Below are positions 37,631-49,614 of a stretch of 64,000 bases of DNA, piece by piece. Positions within the stretch are counted from its first letter, which is position 1, and each line of letters begins with the position of its first letter. This DNA comes from Hyaloraphidium curvatum SAG 235-1 (Eukaryota > Fungi > Monoblepharomycota): contig JAIVFI010000006.1 in the NCBI GenBank assembly GCA_025558095.1, positions 620,001-684,000 on the forward strand, written 5' to 3'. A program made the position numbers and the translations under genes. The notes under the pieces were generated by a model that was given only the letters and a program-made list of their open reading frames with translations, searched no databases and was not told where the DNA came from.

Positions 37631-40461
37631 ATGGCAACGCAGAGCAAGCTCGCGGCGCCCAGCGCCCTGAGCGCCCTCTTGAAGCAGGCTTGGATTTTCT
37701 ACGTGCGCCGGCGCAGATATTTCAACGTCGCCTACACGTTGTTTTTTCTCGGGATCATGATCCAAGGGCTGCGTTCCAGCTTGGGGGCCGGAGGCGGGGG
37801 TTCCGGCGGCAAGTCCCGGCGGGGTGAGCATTCACGGGCCTTCGAGGCTAGCGCGGCATCCTGAGCTTCTTTGGCGCCTTCTCCCTAGGTCGAAAGGGCG
37901 AAACGACGACGCGGGCCGAAGTGGACCACGTCTTTTGGGAGCGCCTGCAACGTATCTTTGCCATTATCATTCCCGGCTACAGCTCCAAGGAGTTTCTTCT
38001 GCTCGCTGGCTTCTCCTTCTTCCTGGTCTTCCGAACCATGCTTTCTGTCTGGGTGGCGGAGCTTGACGGCTCCATTGTCTCTGCTCTCGTTCGGGGCAAC
38101 GGTGGGCCTTCGTGTCTCCCCGGCCGTTCACCGCGCGCTAACGCCAAGGCCTTCGCGCGACAGGCCGGGATTTCCTGTTCGGCATCGTCAAGTGGATGGG
38201 CATCGCTATTCCCGCGACCTACACCAATTCCATGCTCACCTACCTCCAGAGCAAGCTCGCCATCGCTTTCCGGTGCGGTTCTTCACTTCGGTGCCGAGCT
38301 CTCTATCTAATCCTTCGGATCACCCAGGACGAAACTCACGGATCACCTGCAGAAGCTGTACCTGCAGAAGATGGTCTTCTACAAGATCTCGAACCTGGAC
38401 GATCGTGTCAAGAACGCGGACCAGCTCATTACGCAGGACGTGAACCGTTTCTGCCAATCGCTGGCCGAGCTCTATTCGAACCTGGCGAAGCCGCTGCTGG
38501 ACACTGTGATCTACAACATCCAGCTGGCCCACAACGTGGGCGGCGAGGGTCTTTTCGGCGTCTCTGTCATCGTGCACCTCTCTGCCTACGCCCTTCGGCG
38601 ATTCACGCCGCCTTTCGGCAAGATGGTCGCAGAAGAACAGCGCCTCGAGGGAGAGTTCCGGTTCGCGCACAGCCGCCTCATCGAGAACGCCGAAGAGATT
38701 GCCCTGTATGACGGCAACCACATTGAGCGCGAGATCCTGCGGGGTCACTACTGGAAGCTCGTGCACCACGTGGAAAAGATCTACAAGATGCGGATATGGC
38801 ACGGCATGCTCGAGGACTTCATCATCAAGGTACCGTGTCTCTCCCAAAACGGAGTCTCGATCTAACCGCGGCTCCAAAGTACTTCTGGGGTGCCATGGGA
38901 CTGATCATCTGTGCTATGCCCGTCTTTGTCGGAGGTGGTGCGGAGGATTTGCGCATTCGGAAGATGGTGCAGGAGATGCGGGCGCGGGGCGAGGACGCTT
39001 CCAGCTTCCGCGTCGACCTGGGTGTCAGAACCGAAGCTTTCGTCACCAACCGGCGGCTTCTCCTCAGCAGTTCGGATGCGTTCGGCCGCATCATGTACTC
39101 GTACAAGGGTGGGCGCTTTTGGCGAGTCCTGGTGGTTGTGTTTGACACCTGGTTGCCCCATCAGAAATCACGGAGCTGGCTGGCTACACTGCGCGGGTGT
39201 ACGAGCTGCTGGATGCCCTGACGGATGTCAGCAATGGGCACTTTGTCAAGCAGCTCTCGCCGAACGCAGATCCCGAGCTTATGAAGGGCAAAGGCGTCAT
39301 GGACGACACGGCCGATGTCATCGAGTTCGACGACGTGCCTCTCGTCAGCCCCAACGGCGACTTGCTCGTGAAGGCTTTGGCCTTTAGGATGGAAGCCGGC
39401 ATGCATTTGGTATGGATTGCACGGCGCGGGGTACCGACAGCTCTTGCTAACGCTCTTGCCTTCCCAGCTGATTGTTGGGCCCAACGGTTCGGGCAAGTCC
39501 TCCTTGTTCCGCATCCTCGGCGGTCTTTGGCCCCTCTACGGTGGCAAAGTGCTGCGTCCTCCAAGCTCCGCCATCTTCTACATTCCCCAGCGGCCCTACC
39601 TTTCGAGTGGCACGTTGCGCGACCAGGTCATATACCCACACACCGTGGCCGAGATGCAGGAGCGCAACGTTACGGACGCGGATCTCCTGGCCATCATGAA
39701 GGTCCTCGGCGTTGACAACATCGTCGAGCGGGAGGGTGGTTGGGATGCGGAGAAAGACTGGAGCACGCAGCTCGCCGGCGGCGACAAGCAGCGCATCGCC
39801 GCCGCTCGCCTCTTCTACCACCGGCCTCGGTTTGCCATCCTCGACGAGTGCACGTCCGCCGTTTCGCTCGAGATCGAGCGAATCATCTACACGCATGCGA
39901 CCGAGCTCGGGATTTCCCTCCTTACTGTCTCGCACCGGCCGTCGCTGTGGAAGTACCATAACGTGGGTGACTTGGAACCTTCTGAAGGAGCTATGCTGAT
40001 TCCGAGCCGCATGCAGTGGATCCTGCAGTACGACGGCCAGGGTGGCTACGTCTTCACCGAGCTCGACCCCGAGAAGCGGCTCAAGCTCCAGGAGGAGAAA
40101 AATAGCATTGAGATGAAGCTGTCGGAGGTGCCGAAGCTGCAGAAGCGTCTCGCGGAGCTGAAGCAGCAGTTTGAGGAACAGAAGCAGGTCAAAATCCGGA
40201 GAGATAGCGAGCGCGAAGAGCTGCGCCTCCGGTAAGCCGAATTGCCCTGGGTGCCGGACACAGGGCTAACCCGCAGCTTTTCCCAGCGGAGTGCCCCTAT
40301 CCTCGCTGAACTTGAGCAAGCTCCCGAACGAGTTTTTGAATCTGAAGAAAGTCAAGTCGGAGACCGCCTTGAAGCACATGCAACCCAGCGTCTTGGAGGA
40401 CTTGCGGAAGCAGACATCATCGCCGAAAGTAGACGAGGCCGAGATGAACGGTACACACTAG
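37631..40461 (+). CDS. Peroxisomal long-chain acyl-CoA ABC half-transporter (ABCD/Pxa family; multi-exon)
   Basis: '[21 protein letters not shown]', EAA-like '[21 protein letters not shown]', Walker A '[12 protein letters not shown]', '[11 protein letters not shown]'. Confidence 0.93.
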
Positions 40462-40495
40462 ACGAATGTATTCACGTAGAATTTGATCTCTGTCT

Positions 40496-41923
40496 TCACG
40501 ACTCTGCATCCGACGCCGGTCCCGCGACCTTCAGAATGACCTGCTGCAATGCGGGGACCATCTTCTTGCGCGACGCCTCAGCATTCCGCTGTGTGTAGCA
40601 ACGAACGATCCACTTTTTGGAGCGGCCGTCGACAAACTCGCTTTCGGGCCCGAGTCCAGGAATGGCGAGCGGCTCCAGATCCATATCCGCGTGCTTCTCC
40701 AACTCCTCAAAAACGGCCTTCCAGCTCTCGGAGCTGAGCACGCGAACCGCGGAAGCATCTTCGCCCATGCGCATCAGCGTGCTCTCCACGGCACGGTCCG
40801 CCTCGATCGCAACCGATTCGCGGCAAACCATCACGATCTGCCGTTCGTATAAGCTGCCTTTGCCCTTTCGCAGCAGCAGTTGGACCATGTTGAGCCCCAT
40901 CCTGTTGGCAAACTGCACGATGGCCGTCCCGATGGCGCGGGCAGACGCTTCGTAGCCCTCCGGGCCGGTGTCCCGCGCAATCCACCCGTCTTCCCCATCA
41001 AGCGACCAGCTGATGGTGGAGATGCCGATGCGAAGTCCCTCCACGTCGATCTCCTTGCAGTCCCTCCGCAGCAGCTCGTCCGACTTGAGCTGACGCAGAA
41101 GCTTCTTTGCGGCCGAGAGCTCGTCCGTCAAGGCTCTGAAGTACTCCTTCCGCGCCTCCTTGCCACCCTCCCTGCCAAGCTGCGAATAAAGGAATTTTGC
41201 ACACGCCTTATCGATATCCGTCGTCACGGAGCCTGACAAGCTGCTGGAATCCACGAGGATCGCCTCCAAGAGAAGCAACGCCAGTTCGCGGGGCATGTGG
41301 GCAGCAAACAGGTCCGGGTGGCCCATCCAAAGCCTGGCAGCCAACGTACAGCAGGACGCCACGCCATCAATGACCCTCTCGCCAGCACCCAGATAGAGGC
41401 GCTCGTCCTCATGGTGGTCCAGCACGCCATCCACGAGATCCGCCAACGATGCCTGGTGCGGAGCAAGCTTGTTGTGGTCCGTCAGGATGACGCGCAAATC
41501 GTTGTGCTCCTCGAGACTGAGGAAGTCCACTTCGTCCCGGAAAGGAACCCGAGCAAACAGGTCCGAGGCTTGCACCGCTTCGGCCGCTTCCTCTTTGAAC
41601 GCGATCTCGAAGGCACGAATGACCTCGGGCCGCAATCGGAGATCCGCCCTCGGGATGTTGATCATCGGTACGAAAGCACGCTTCGGTTTTGAATCATTCG
41701 CGAGGCCCGCGACGTGCTTGAAGTAGGCGACGGCAATCGAAGAGGCCATCGAATCCAAATCGGACGCCTCATTGCCGGTCACAATTGTGACAGGCATCCC
41801 CCGTGAATGCAGAGCGTGCTTGAGTCCCGCCAGATAGTCCGCGAAGTGCGCGAGTTGGCTATCGTTCAGCGGGGATCGTTCGCCGAGTCCGAGAGATTCG
41901 GAGCGCCGCATGCTGGGCCACAT
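40496..41923 (-). CDS. PPX1: Exopolyphosphatase, DHH/Prune family (intronless)
   Basis: 'GNEASDLDS', 'LTDHN', 'LDHHEDE', 'SCCTL', 'ELLRRDCKE'. Confidence 0.88.
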   Translation of the reverse strand: MWPSMRRSESLGLGERSPLNDSQLAHFADYLAGLKHALHSRGMPVTIVTGNEASDLDSMASSIAVAYFKHVAGLANDSKPKRAFVPMINIPRADLRLRPEVIRAFEIAFKEEAAEAVQASDLFARVPFRDEVDFLSLEEHNDLRVILTDHNKLAPHQASLADLVDGVLDHHEDERLYLGAGERVIDGVASCCTLAARLWMGHPDLFAAHMPRELALLLLEAILVDSSSLSGSVTTDIDKACAKFLYSQLGREGGKEARKEYFRALTDELSAAKKLLRQLKSDELLRRDCKEIDVEGLRIGISTISWSLDGEDGWIARDTGPEGYEASARAIGTAIVQFANRMGLNMVQLLLRKGKGSLYERQIVMVCRESVAIEADRAVESTLMRMGEDASAVRVLSSESWKAVFEELEKHADMDLEPLAIPGLGPESEFVDGRSKKWIVRCYTQRNAEASRKKMVPALQQVILKVAGPASDAES

Positions 41924-42142
41924 GGCTCGAAGGGCCGAAAGGGCACGCGCGTGGTGTTGCAGGCGCAGGAGAGCGGCCTTAGAAGCCAGCTTTGAACGGA
42001 GGGGCGGGGTTTTGGAGGATACAGAGCCGAGCCCCTGACCATGCAGGCCCCTGACTCTGCTTTTGCGGCAGTAAACGCAAGAACAAAACACAAACAACAG
42101 GTCGTTTACTCATCGTCGCTTTTCCCGGCACGGCTGCCTGCC

Positions 42143-43897
42143 ATGGCACCCGGGGCATCGCAGAACGGTGCTGCCACCGTCCGTGACGGCGATGCGGAGC
42201 GTCCTACCAAACGGGCAAAGACGTCGCCCGAGGAAGTCGACTCTTCCAAGACGTCACCGGACGGCGTCGACGCTACGTCGGGGCCCAACGGCATCGACTC
42301 TCCGGCGGAACCCATCGTGCGACCCTCGCTCTTGGATCGTGCCTCCGTCGCCGAGCTGAAGGCGTCCTACGAAGCCGCCGGGCCGTACCCGCACGTGGTC
42401 CTGCCCTCGCCCTTCGACCCGGCGCTGCTCGCTGAAGTCAAGCGCGAGTTCTCGGACAACGTCCATGCAACGTACAAGGAAACGGACCTGTTCAAGATGC
42501 TGCAGACCGGAGACCTGGCCAACATCGACGCCCTGGACCCCGAGGCGGCCGCGAAGCTGCCCACGGCGAGGAAGCTGCGGGACGCCCTCTACTCGAAGGA
42601 GTTCCGGGCCTTTGTGTCCGAGGTCACGGGCTGCGGCGGGCTGTCGGACAAGACGGACTGCGCCTGCAACATCCACGTCAAGGGCGGTCACCTCCTGTGC
42701 CACGACGACGTGATCGGGACCCGGGCCGTCTCGTACATCATCTACCTCGTCGACGAATCCTGGTCGGACGCCGATGGCGGCGCGCTCGAGCTTTACCCGC
42801 CGGCCGCCGACTCGCCGCACGAGCCCGCCGTCTCGCCCACCCTGACGGTGCTCCCAAAGTGGAACACCATGGCCATGTTCGCCGTGCAGCCCGGCCGCTC
42901 CTTCCACTCGATCCAGGAGGTCCGCGCGGGGGACAAGCCCCGGATGAGCATCCAGGGATGGTTCCACCGAGCCGAGCCGCCGGCGCACCCCGAGTGGGCG
43001 ACGAGGAACCAGCTCCAGGCGCGCGGGAACGAGGGCGACGAAGGGCTGGCGCCGTTCGGCGGCAGGCGGGCGGACGACCTCGAGGGCGACCTGGACGTGG
43101 AGGATCTCAAGTATCTGCAGCTGTTCGTCGACCGGACGTATTTGAAGGAGCGCAACTGCGTGCAGGTGGCGGAAAAGTTCGGGCAGGACGGGTCGGTGCA
43201 GCTGCGGAGCTTCCTCAACAAGGAGTGGGCCGGCAAGCTGGCCGAAGCCACCAGGCAGGCCGATGCCGATGCGGGCCTGGGCAACGGCAAGGCACCCGGC
43301 TACGAGGCCGGTGTCGGGGATGGGTGGCGCGCGATCGGCCCCGCGCACAAGCAGCGCTACCTCCGCTGGGGGGGCGGCAGCGGCCAACAGGCTGCAGACG
43401 GGGACACCCCGGCCGCATCGCAAGCCGGCGCCCTCCTCGGCCGCCTCCAGGCCGACCTCTTCTCCAGCGCCCCCTTTGCCCGCCTCCTCCTCAACCTCAC
43501 CGGCATCGCCCTCCGGTCGCAGCGCACCGAATCCCGGCGCTTCCGCCCCGGCCTGGACTACACCGTCGCCCATGGCGGCGTTCTCACCTCGGAACCGCGG
43601 CTAGACGCCGTGCTGTCCTTTGTCGACGACGCCTCCGAGGCATCGGCGGAGGCGTGGGAGTCGGGCGACGTTGGCGGGTTCGAGGCCTACGTCGCGTCGG
43701 ACGAATCGGGCGAGGCGGCCGAGTACCAGCGCGCGGACGACGACGGGGGCGTGCTCAACGTGACGGCGGCGGGCAACACGCTGAGCCTGGTGATGCGGGG
43801 CGAGGGGCTGATGCGGTTCGTTCGGTACGTGTCGGCGGCGGCGCCGTCGTCCAGGTGGGACCTGTCGGCGGTGTACGAGCCGGTGATCGAGGAGTAA
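42143..43897 (+). CDS. TPA1: uS12 prolyl hydroxylase Tpa1/OGFOD1 (intronless)
   Basis: 'KETDLFKMLQTGDLAN', 'HLLCHDDVIG', 'SFHSIQEV', 'RMSIQGWFH', 'RRFRPGLDYT'. Confidence 0.9.
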   Translation: MAPGASQNGAATVRDGDAERPTKRAKTSPEEVDSSKTSPDGVDATSGPNGIDSPAEPIVRPSLLDRASVAELKASYEAAGPYPHVVLPSPFDPALLAEVKREFSDNVHATYKETDLFKMLQTGDLANIDALDPEAAAKLPTARKLRDALYSKEFRAFVSEVTGCGGLSDKTDCACNIHVKGGHLLCHDDVIGTRAVSYIIYLVDESWSDADGGALELYPPAADSPHEPAVSPTLTVLPKWNTMAMFAVQPGRSFHSIQEVRAGDKPRMSIQGWFHRAEPPAHPEWATRNQLQARGNEGDEGLAPFGGRRADDLEGDLDVEDLKYLQLFVDRTYLKERNCVQVAEKFGQDGSVQLRSFLNKEWAGKLAEATRQADADAGLGNGKAPGYEAGVGDGWRAIGPAHKQRYLRWGGGSGQQAADGDTPAASQAGALLGRLQADLFSSAPFARLLLNLTGIALRSQRTESRRFRPGLDYTVAHGGVLTSEPRLDAVLSFVDDASEASAEAWESGDVGGFEAYVASDESGEAAEYQRADDDGGVLNVTAAGNTLSLVMRGEGLMRFVRYVSAAAPSSRWDLSAVYEPVIEE

Positions 43898-44082
43898 AGG
43901 CATGCATCCCGGGGACTTCATTCGTATGACGTGTGCTCGCCATGCTCCCAGCTGGGCGTGGACTGCACAACTTGCGTCCCGTCCGCGAGTGCAGCGCACG
44001 CATCGCATCAAATTAGTTCCCTCTATGCAAATTACGGCAGCATAAACACTTCCCCTTCCCTCCCTCTTCCCGCACCCCCGGC

Positions 44083-45997
44083 CTAGATCTCGTCGAAAAT
44101 GTCCTTGTACATCCTCGACCGCTCCGGGTTCCTCGCCCCCGTCGCCGCCCCCGGTGTCCCGCTCCCGCGCGCGACGGAATCGGCCGCGATCGCCGCGTCC
44201 AGCCTCAGCTGCGCGATGGCGTCCGCCGCCGACGCCGACGGGAACGTGGCCGCCAGCGCCCGCTGCTGCGCGCTCAGCGGCGTCGGCGGGGCCGACTGCC
44301 GCAGCGTCGATGCGAGGTGCTGCTGCGCGGGCGTGGCCTGCGGGCGGGCGCCGATGAGCGCCGCGAGCTCGGCGTCGCCGAGGAGGGGGCGGGGGGTGCC
44401 GGCGGGGGTGATAGGTGCGACGGCGCGGGCGGCGGGGGAGGTGGGGGCCAGGGGGAGCACGTGCGGGGCGCGGATGGCGTGCGGGGAGGAGAGGACGGCG
44501 GAGAATGCGCGGGGTGGGGTGGAAGGGGGGGTGGCGAGCGGTGCGGGGGGTTCGGAGGAGTCGGGGGAGGGAGGGAGGGGGGAGGTGGGCGAGGGGAGGC
44601 CGACGGCGGCGGGCATGTACTGCTGCAGCTGGCGTTCGGCTTCCTGCTGCACCAGTGCGCGCTGGGCCTCCTTGGACAGGCCGCGCTCCAGCGAGGGGAA
44701 GGCCGGGGATGCGCCGCCGCCGGCGCCGAGGCTCTCGGTGCCGTCCGTCGACGACACGCGCGACCGGTTGGACCGGTTGCTCGCCGCGTCCGACCCCGTC
44801 CGCGCCGCATTGTCCACGCTCCCGGGCGCCTTGGGCACCGGGCTCGCCGGCGAGCGCGGCACGTTGCTGTGCCGCGGTTTGGGGACCACCGAGATGGGCC
44901 GGCCGTCGAGCATCCGCTGCACCTCCCACTCGCCCGTCTCGGCGCGCCGCTCGACCTCCTCCGCGGCCGTGAGCACCAGCGTGCCGGCCGAGTTGGAGGA
45001 CGAGACCGAGGGGGTGTCGCTGGCCATGGTGCCCTGGCGGTCCTTCTTCTCGTAGGCCGAGGGCGAGGGTGGCGCGTCGGCGGCCGCCAGCGCCGCGGCA
45101 ACGGCTGCCGAGTCGGCCGCCTTGGTCTCCGCCATGGTCATCATCGACACCTTGCTCATGGCCTGGCCCATGTTCTTGGACCGCGCCCGCGTCACGGTCT
45201 TTTCGATGGCGCCGGCCTCGTCGAGCGCGCGCTCTTTTGCGTTGTGCTTGCGCATCTTGAGCACGATGCACCCGATGAGCACCGTCAGGAAGACGACGGC
45301 GAGGGGGATGGAGACGGCCAGGGCCACGGTGACGTTGAGGCCCGTGTTTTGCGGCACCGTCGGGTCAACGTAGATGCCGATCTCGTTGGCCTCGGGGGGT
45401 GTGGAGGGGTTGGAGCCGTCGGCCCAGCCGACTGACCAAGTGCGTGGTCAGGAATCATGGACGGCGATACGGACGGGCAAACCCACCGGTACACATGTCG
45501 TAGGCATCCACCAGCGCCGCACGACACTTGTCGCCGCAGTAGTATGCGCGCGAGCAGGGCAGCGCGGTGCAGCGCACCTGCTGCAGGAAGCAGGTCGCGT
45601 TGTTGGCGACGGTTGCGTTGAAGAGCACGGGCGAGCCGACGGTGCCGCCGACGGTGTAGCAGGGCGAGTCGCCGGGCTGGCAGGCTAGATCGGTGGCATG
45701 TCAGCGGGTGCGTGCGTGGGGTGCGAAGTGGCAGGGACACCCACGCCGCGGGCACTCGAACCTGCCCTCCTGCAGCGCCCCCGATTGGTCCGGCGGGGAC
45801 GCCAGCAGGCAGCCCCACTGCTCGCCGCACCATCTGCAGCCGTAGATGTCCGCGTACGAGTCGCACGAGGCTGCGGCGGTGATGACGGAGCACGTCTCGG
45901 GGTGCAGCGCCGACGAGTTCTGCGCGGCGGCGGCGGGGAGGAGCGATGCCAGCGCGGCCAGCGCGAGAAAGCGCAGCGCGATGCGGCCGCCGCGCAT
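44083..45997 (-). CDS. Type I single-pass membrane protein with Cys-rich ectodomain and Pro/Ser-rich cytoplasmic tail
   Basis: Signal peptide 'MRGGRIALRFLALAALASLLPAAAA', 'CDSYADIYGCRWCGEQWGCL', TM 'VALAVSIPLAVVFLTVLIGCIVL' followed by KMRK. Confidence 0.7.
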
Positions 45998-46404
45998 CGT
46001 GCGGGCCGTGCGGAAGCCGCGGGGACGGGGAGGTGGGTGAGGAGGGCGCCCTCGGGAGCGCCGCCGCGCGGATCTCCTCGCGGCGCACTCGGCGGGTGCG
46101 GCGCCGCGGGATCCGGATCGGCGCTCGGCGGGCCCGCGCGGGTGCCGGCGGGATGCGCGCAAGGATGTGCCGCAGTGGAAATGATGTCCGAATGGGGCGG
46201 GACTTCTTCGCCCCAGCCCACTCAGCCCCCCCCCCGCATGCACTCATCGGTCACCTCCCGACGGACACAAAAACTGAGCGTTCTATTGCTCGGCCGCGCG
46301 CGGCATGAAGTTATTCGCATGGCTTCCTCCTAAATGACCCGTCCTCCACCAGTGTCGATCGCAAGAGTCCTTTGCAGTCCGGTCCCGCGGTCCTTTTCGG
46401 CGCC

Positions 46405-48029
46405 TCAGTAGCGTCTGTCGTCGCTCCCGCGGTCGCGCGACGACCCCCTGCGCTCGTACGACGGCTGCTGCGGCCTGTCGTTCCTGTAAGGCGCGCGGTC
46501 GCCCCCGCGGTCGTCGTACCCCCTCTGCGCCGGCGCCGGCGCGCCATACCGGTCGCCGCCCGCGGACGCCCCGCCGCCGTAGCGGTCCCCGCCGCCGTTG
46601 CCCCCCGACGACGAGCCGTACGACCGCCCGCCGCCGCCGCCGCCGCCGGACCTGTACTCGTCCGGCTCGCGCGACCGGTCTTGCTGCCTGCTGTCGTACC
46701 CCCCGCCGTTGTATCCGGCGCGGCTCTCGTAGCCCCGCTCGTAGCTCCTCGTGTCGGTCTGCGCCCTGTCGTTGTACCCGCGGTCGCTGCTGTACCCGCC
46801 GCCGCCGCCCCTGTTGTCGTTGCCGTATCCCCCGCCGCCCCCGCCGCCTCCGTAGCGGTCGGGGGCCCTGCCGCCGCCGCCGTTGCCGCGGTCATTGTAC
46901 CCCCCGCCCCCGCCCCCGCCCCCGCCCCTGTTGTCGTTCCCGTACCCCCCTCCTCCCCCTCCGGAGCGGTCGTTGTAGCCCCCGCCTCCCGAGCGGTCGT
47001 TGTACCCGCCTCCTCCGTTGCGGTCCCCGCCGTATCCCCCGCCGCCCCCGCGGCCGCCGCCGCCGCCGAAATCGCCCCTGTACCCGCCGCGCGGCCCGGC
47101 GCCGGTGTTGTCCTTGTTGGCCATGTCGACCTTGAGCGTGCGGCCGTCGACTGTGCATGGGATGCGCGCAAAAGGGGCCCGTTCAGGTGCGTCCTCGTGA
47201 GGCAGTGTGAATGGGAAACCCACGGTCCGCGCCGTTCATTTCTTGCACGGCCCGCTTGGCCTCATCCTCGGTGGAGAAACCGACGAACCCGAAACCCTTG
47301 GAGCGGCCTATGGGATAGCGATGAAGCGAGTGCGGGATTCGGAGCAGGTACCGGGATCGCGTGTTCGTGCAAAAAGGGAAAGAGTTCGCGTAGCAGATTA
47401 ACACGGCAAGCAGGCACAGTGAATCGGATAAAGAATTCACGGTTCATAGTCCAGAAAGCCAGGCCATTGATCGTGTTCGTGGTTCGTGACGCCGGAGGTG
47501 CATGTTCGTGATTCACGGTCGTGATTCATGGTCATGTTCATGGGTCGAATGGTCATGTGCAGGTGCGGAGCCGTACGGTCGGAAACGAACAACGATGCAT
47601 CGCGGGTCGGCCAGGAGCGGAGCACGGGGCATCCGGTTTGCACGGGGATGGTTCATGGAACGGGACGGCGCGGAACGAATGAATGCGTGCCCATTGGAAC
47701 CTGGCGCTCCCCCCGGCGCGGCGCGGAACGGTACGGCGCTGGTGCGGTCCGGTGCGGGCACGGGGCGGGGCGGATGGGGGGTATTAACCTGTTTCGCGGT
47801 CCTTGACGACGCGGGTGGACTCGACCTGCGGGGATGGGAGGGTGAGCGGGCGCGGCAAGGGGGGGCAACAAGGCGCACGTTGCCGAACTGCGAGAAGGCA
47901 TCGCGGAGGGTGTCCTCGGTGGTGTTGTAGTTGAGCGAGCCGACGTAGATGGTCTGCAAAAGGGCGGTCGGCGGCGGTCGCGCGGGGGCGCGCGCGGCGC
48001 GGCGCGGCGGGCGGGGCACGTACGGTCAT
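46405..48029 (-). CDS. Glycine-rich RNA-binding protein (single RRM plus RGG/GY tail; CIRBP/GRP-like)
   Basis: RNP2 'IYVGSL', RNP1 'RSKGFGFVGF', 'TVDGRTLKVDMA', repeated GGGGYNDR. Confidence 0.9.
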
Positions 48030-48304
48030 CTTTGCGGCGCGGGAGGGCCGGGCGCCGCCTGATTCGCGGGGGAGGGCGTGCGCAGCGGGACCGCGTCAGA
48101 GTGACGAGCGACAAGGCTCTGGCACGTGACCTATCAACCATCAGGGGTCCCGCAATCGGGACATCGGGACGCGTCGTGCCCCTCCTAAAGACGCCAAATA
48201 TGTACGACCACAACGAGCAGCTCTCCCGGCTCCCGCCCAAGCTCCGGCGCACGATCCCGACCAACATGCCCGACAAGGCGGCGCCCCCGCGCAACCACCA
48301 CCGG

Positions 48305-48597
48305 ATGCCGCTCCCCTCGTCGCCGTCGGCCGTGCTGGCGGTGCTGATCACGCTCGGGACGGTCGGTAGGCTTGCTGCGGACGCGATTCGGGGGGCTGAT
48401 GATTTTGCAGGTCGTCGCGTGGCTGTCGATACCTGCGTGAGTCTCCGACCCCTTGCGATCGGAAGAAAAGCTGACATGGCTCAATTTCCAGGCCGAAGAA
48501 GGAAAGCGAATACCTGTACACGGGTGGAGGCAAGGATGGGGAGGCGAAGCCTGACATGATGGGCAAACATCCAAAGCCGAAACGGATGTTGGAGTGA
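48305..48597 (+). CDS. Putative 62-aa single-TM microprotein (3 exons)
   Basis: Introns 48362-48410 and 48437-48491, both canonical with branch motifs; product MPLPSSPSAVLAVLITLGTVVAWLSIPAPKKESEYLYTGGGKDGEAKPDMMGKHPKPKRMLE. Confidence 0.6.
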
Positions 48598-48783
48598 AGC
48601 GTGCTATTGGTGGACGATGAATACCCCTCCTTTGTCAAATTCTGTAAATAGCTCAATGAATGAATGGAACAGATTGCTGGATGAGCCAGATGGATTGGCG
48701 ACGACAACTTGTCTGTGGTGAATGCGACGCAGACGATCCAAAGGGTGGTAAAGAGGCGTGAATTAGAGAGGTATAGACAATCT

Positions 48784-49614
48784 TCAGTATCTGCGCTGCT
48801 GCGGCGGTCTTGATTGTTGTTGGCCCCCCATCCGCCGCCTGCGGAAGAGAGCCCAGCGAATCAGCTCAAAGTCGACAATTCCCGGAACGCTCAACCCACT
48901 CCCGGAACTCCCGATCCCGATCCGCCGCCTCGTCCAGGTTCATTTGCTCCTGCTTGATAAACCGCTCCGTCGCCGGCTTGGGGAACTCGCCGTCCGGGAA
49001 CTTGGCCTTCATCCGCTCGAGCTGCTCTTCCTCCTCCCTCGCCCTCGCCAGCCGGTACGCCTTGACCGCCGCCGTGTACGCGTCCTTCATCTCCATCCCC
49101 GTCGATTTGAGGTAGAGGGCGTGCTTGATGACGCTGCCGACCGTACCGCGTCAGCTCCCGCGCGAGCCCTCCCTGCGCGACGGACCCACGCTTCGCCGTT
49201 CAGCTCCGCCCCCTCCACCGAATCCCACGTCCGCGTCGCCCGCTGCCGCAGCAGCCCCTCGTCCTCCACCAGCGTCGCCGGCCGCGCCACGAGCTCGAAC
49301 GGATGCTCCCCGTAGAACCGCCGCCGCAGCGCGTCCTCGGGGTACTCGATCCGCGGCGGCCGCTGCTGCGCCCACCGCACCATCAGCTGCCCCGCGAGGC
49401 GGCGCTGCGCCTTGCGCGGCGGGAAGAGCGGCCGCCCTTCGCCGGAGGACGGCGGGCGGAAGGTCATGCCCGGCGTGAGCGAGCGCGTCGGGGACGGGCC
49501 GGGCGGGTACAGCTGCAGCGCAGTGTGCCACACGGGCTTCTCCTTGACGATGCCCGCCGCCTGGAAATCGTTGATGATGTTCGCGAGCGCGACGGGATTG
49601 AGCCGGCGGGGCAT
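48784..49614 (-). CDS. RSM25: Mitochondrial ribosomal protein mS23 (Rsm25)
   Basis: 'PVWHTALQLYPP', 'PPRIEYPEDALRRRFYGEHPFELVARP', 'DAYTAAVKAYRLAR'. Confidence 0.82.

Noticed and set aside
46740-47070. Repeated units in the RRM gene that could look like a repeat-spacer array
   Set aside because: They are coding GGGGYNDR low-complexity repeats; no constant repeat with unique spacers, no cas genes, eukaryotic context
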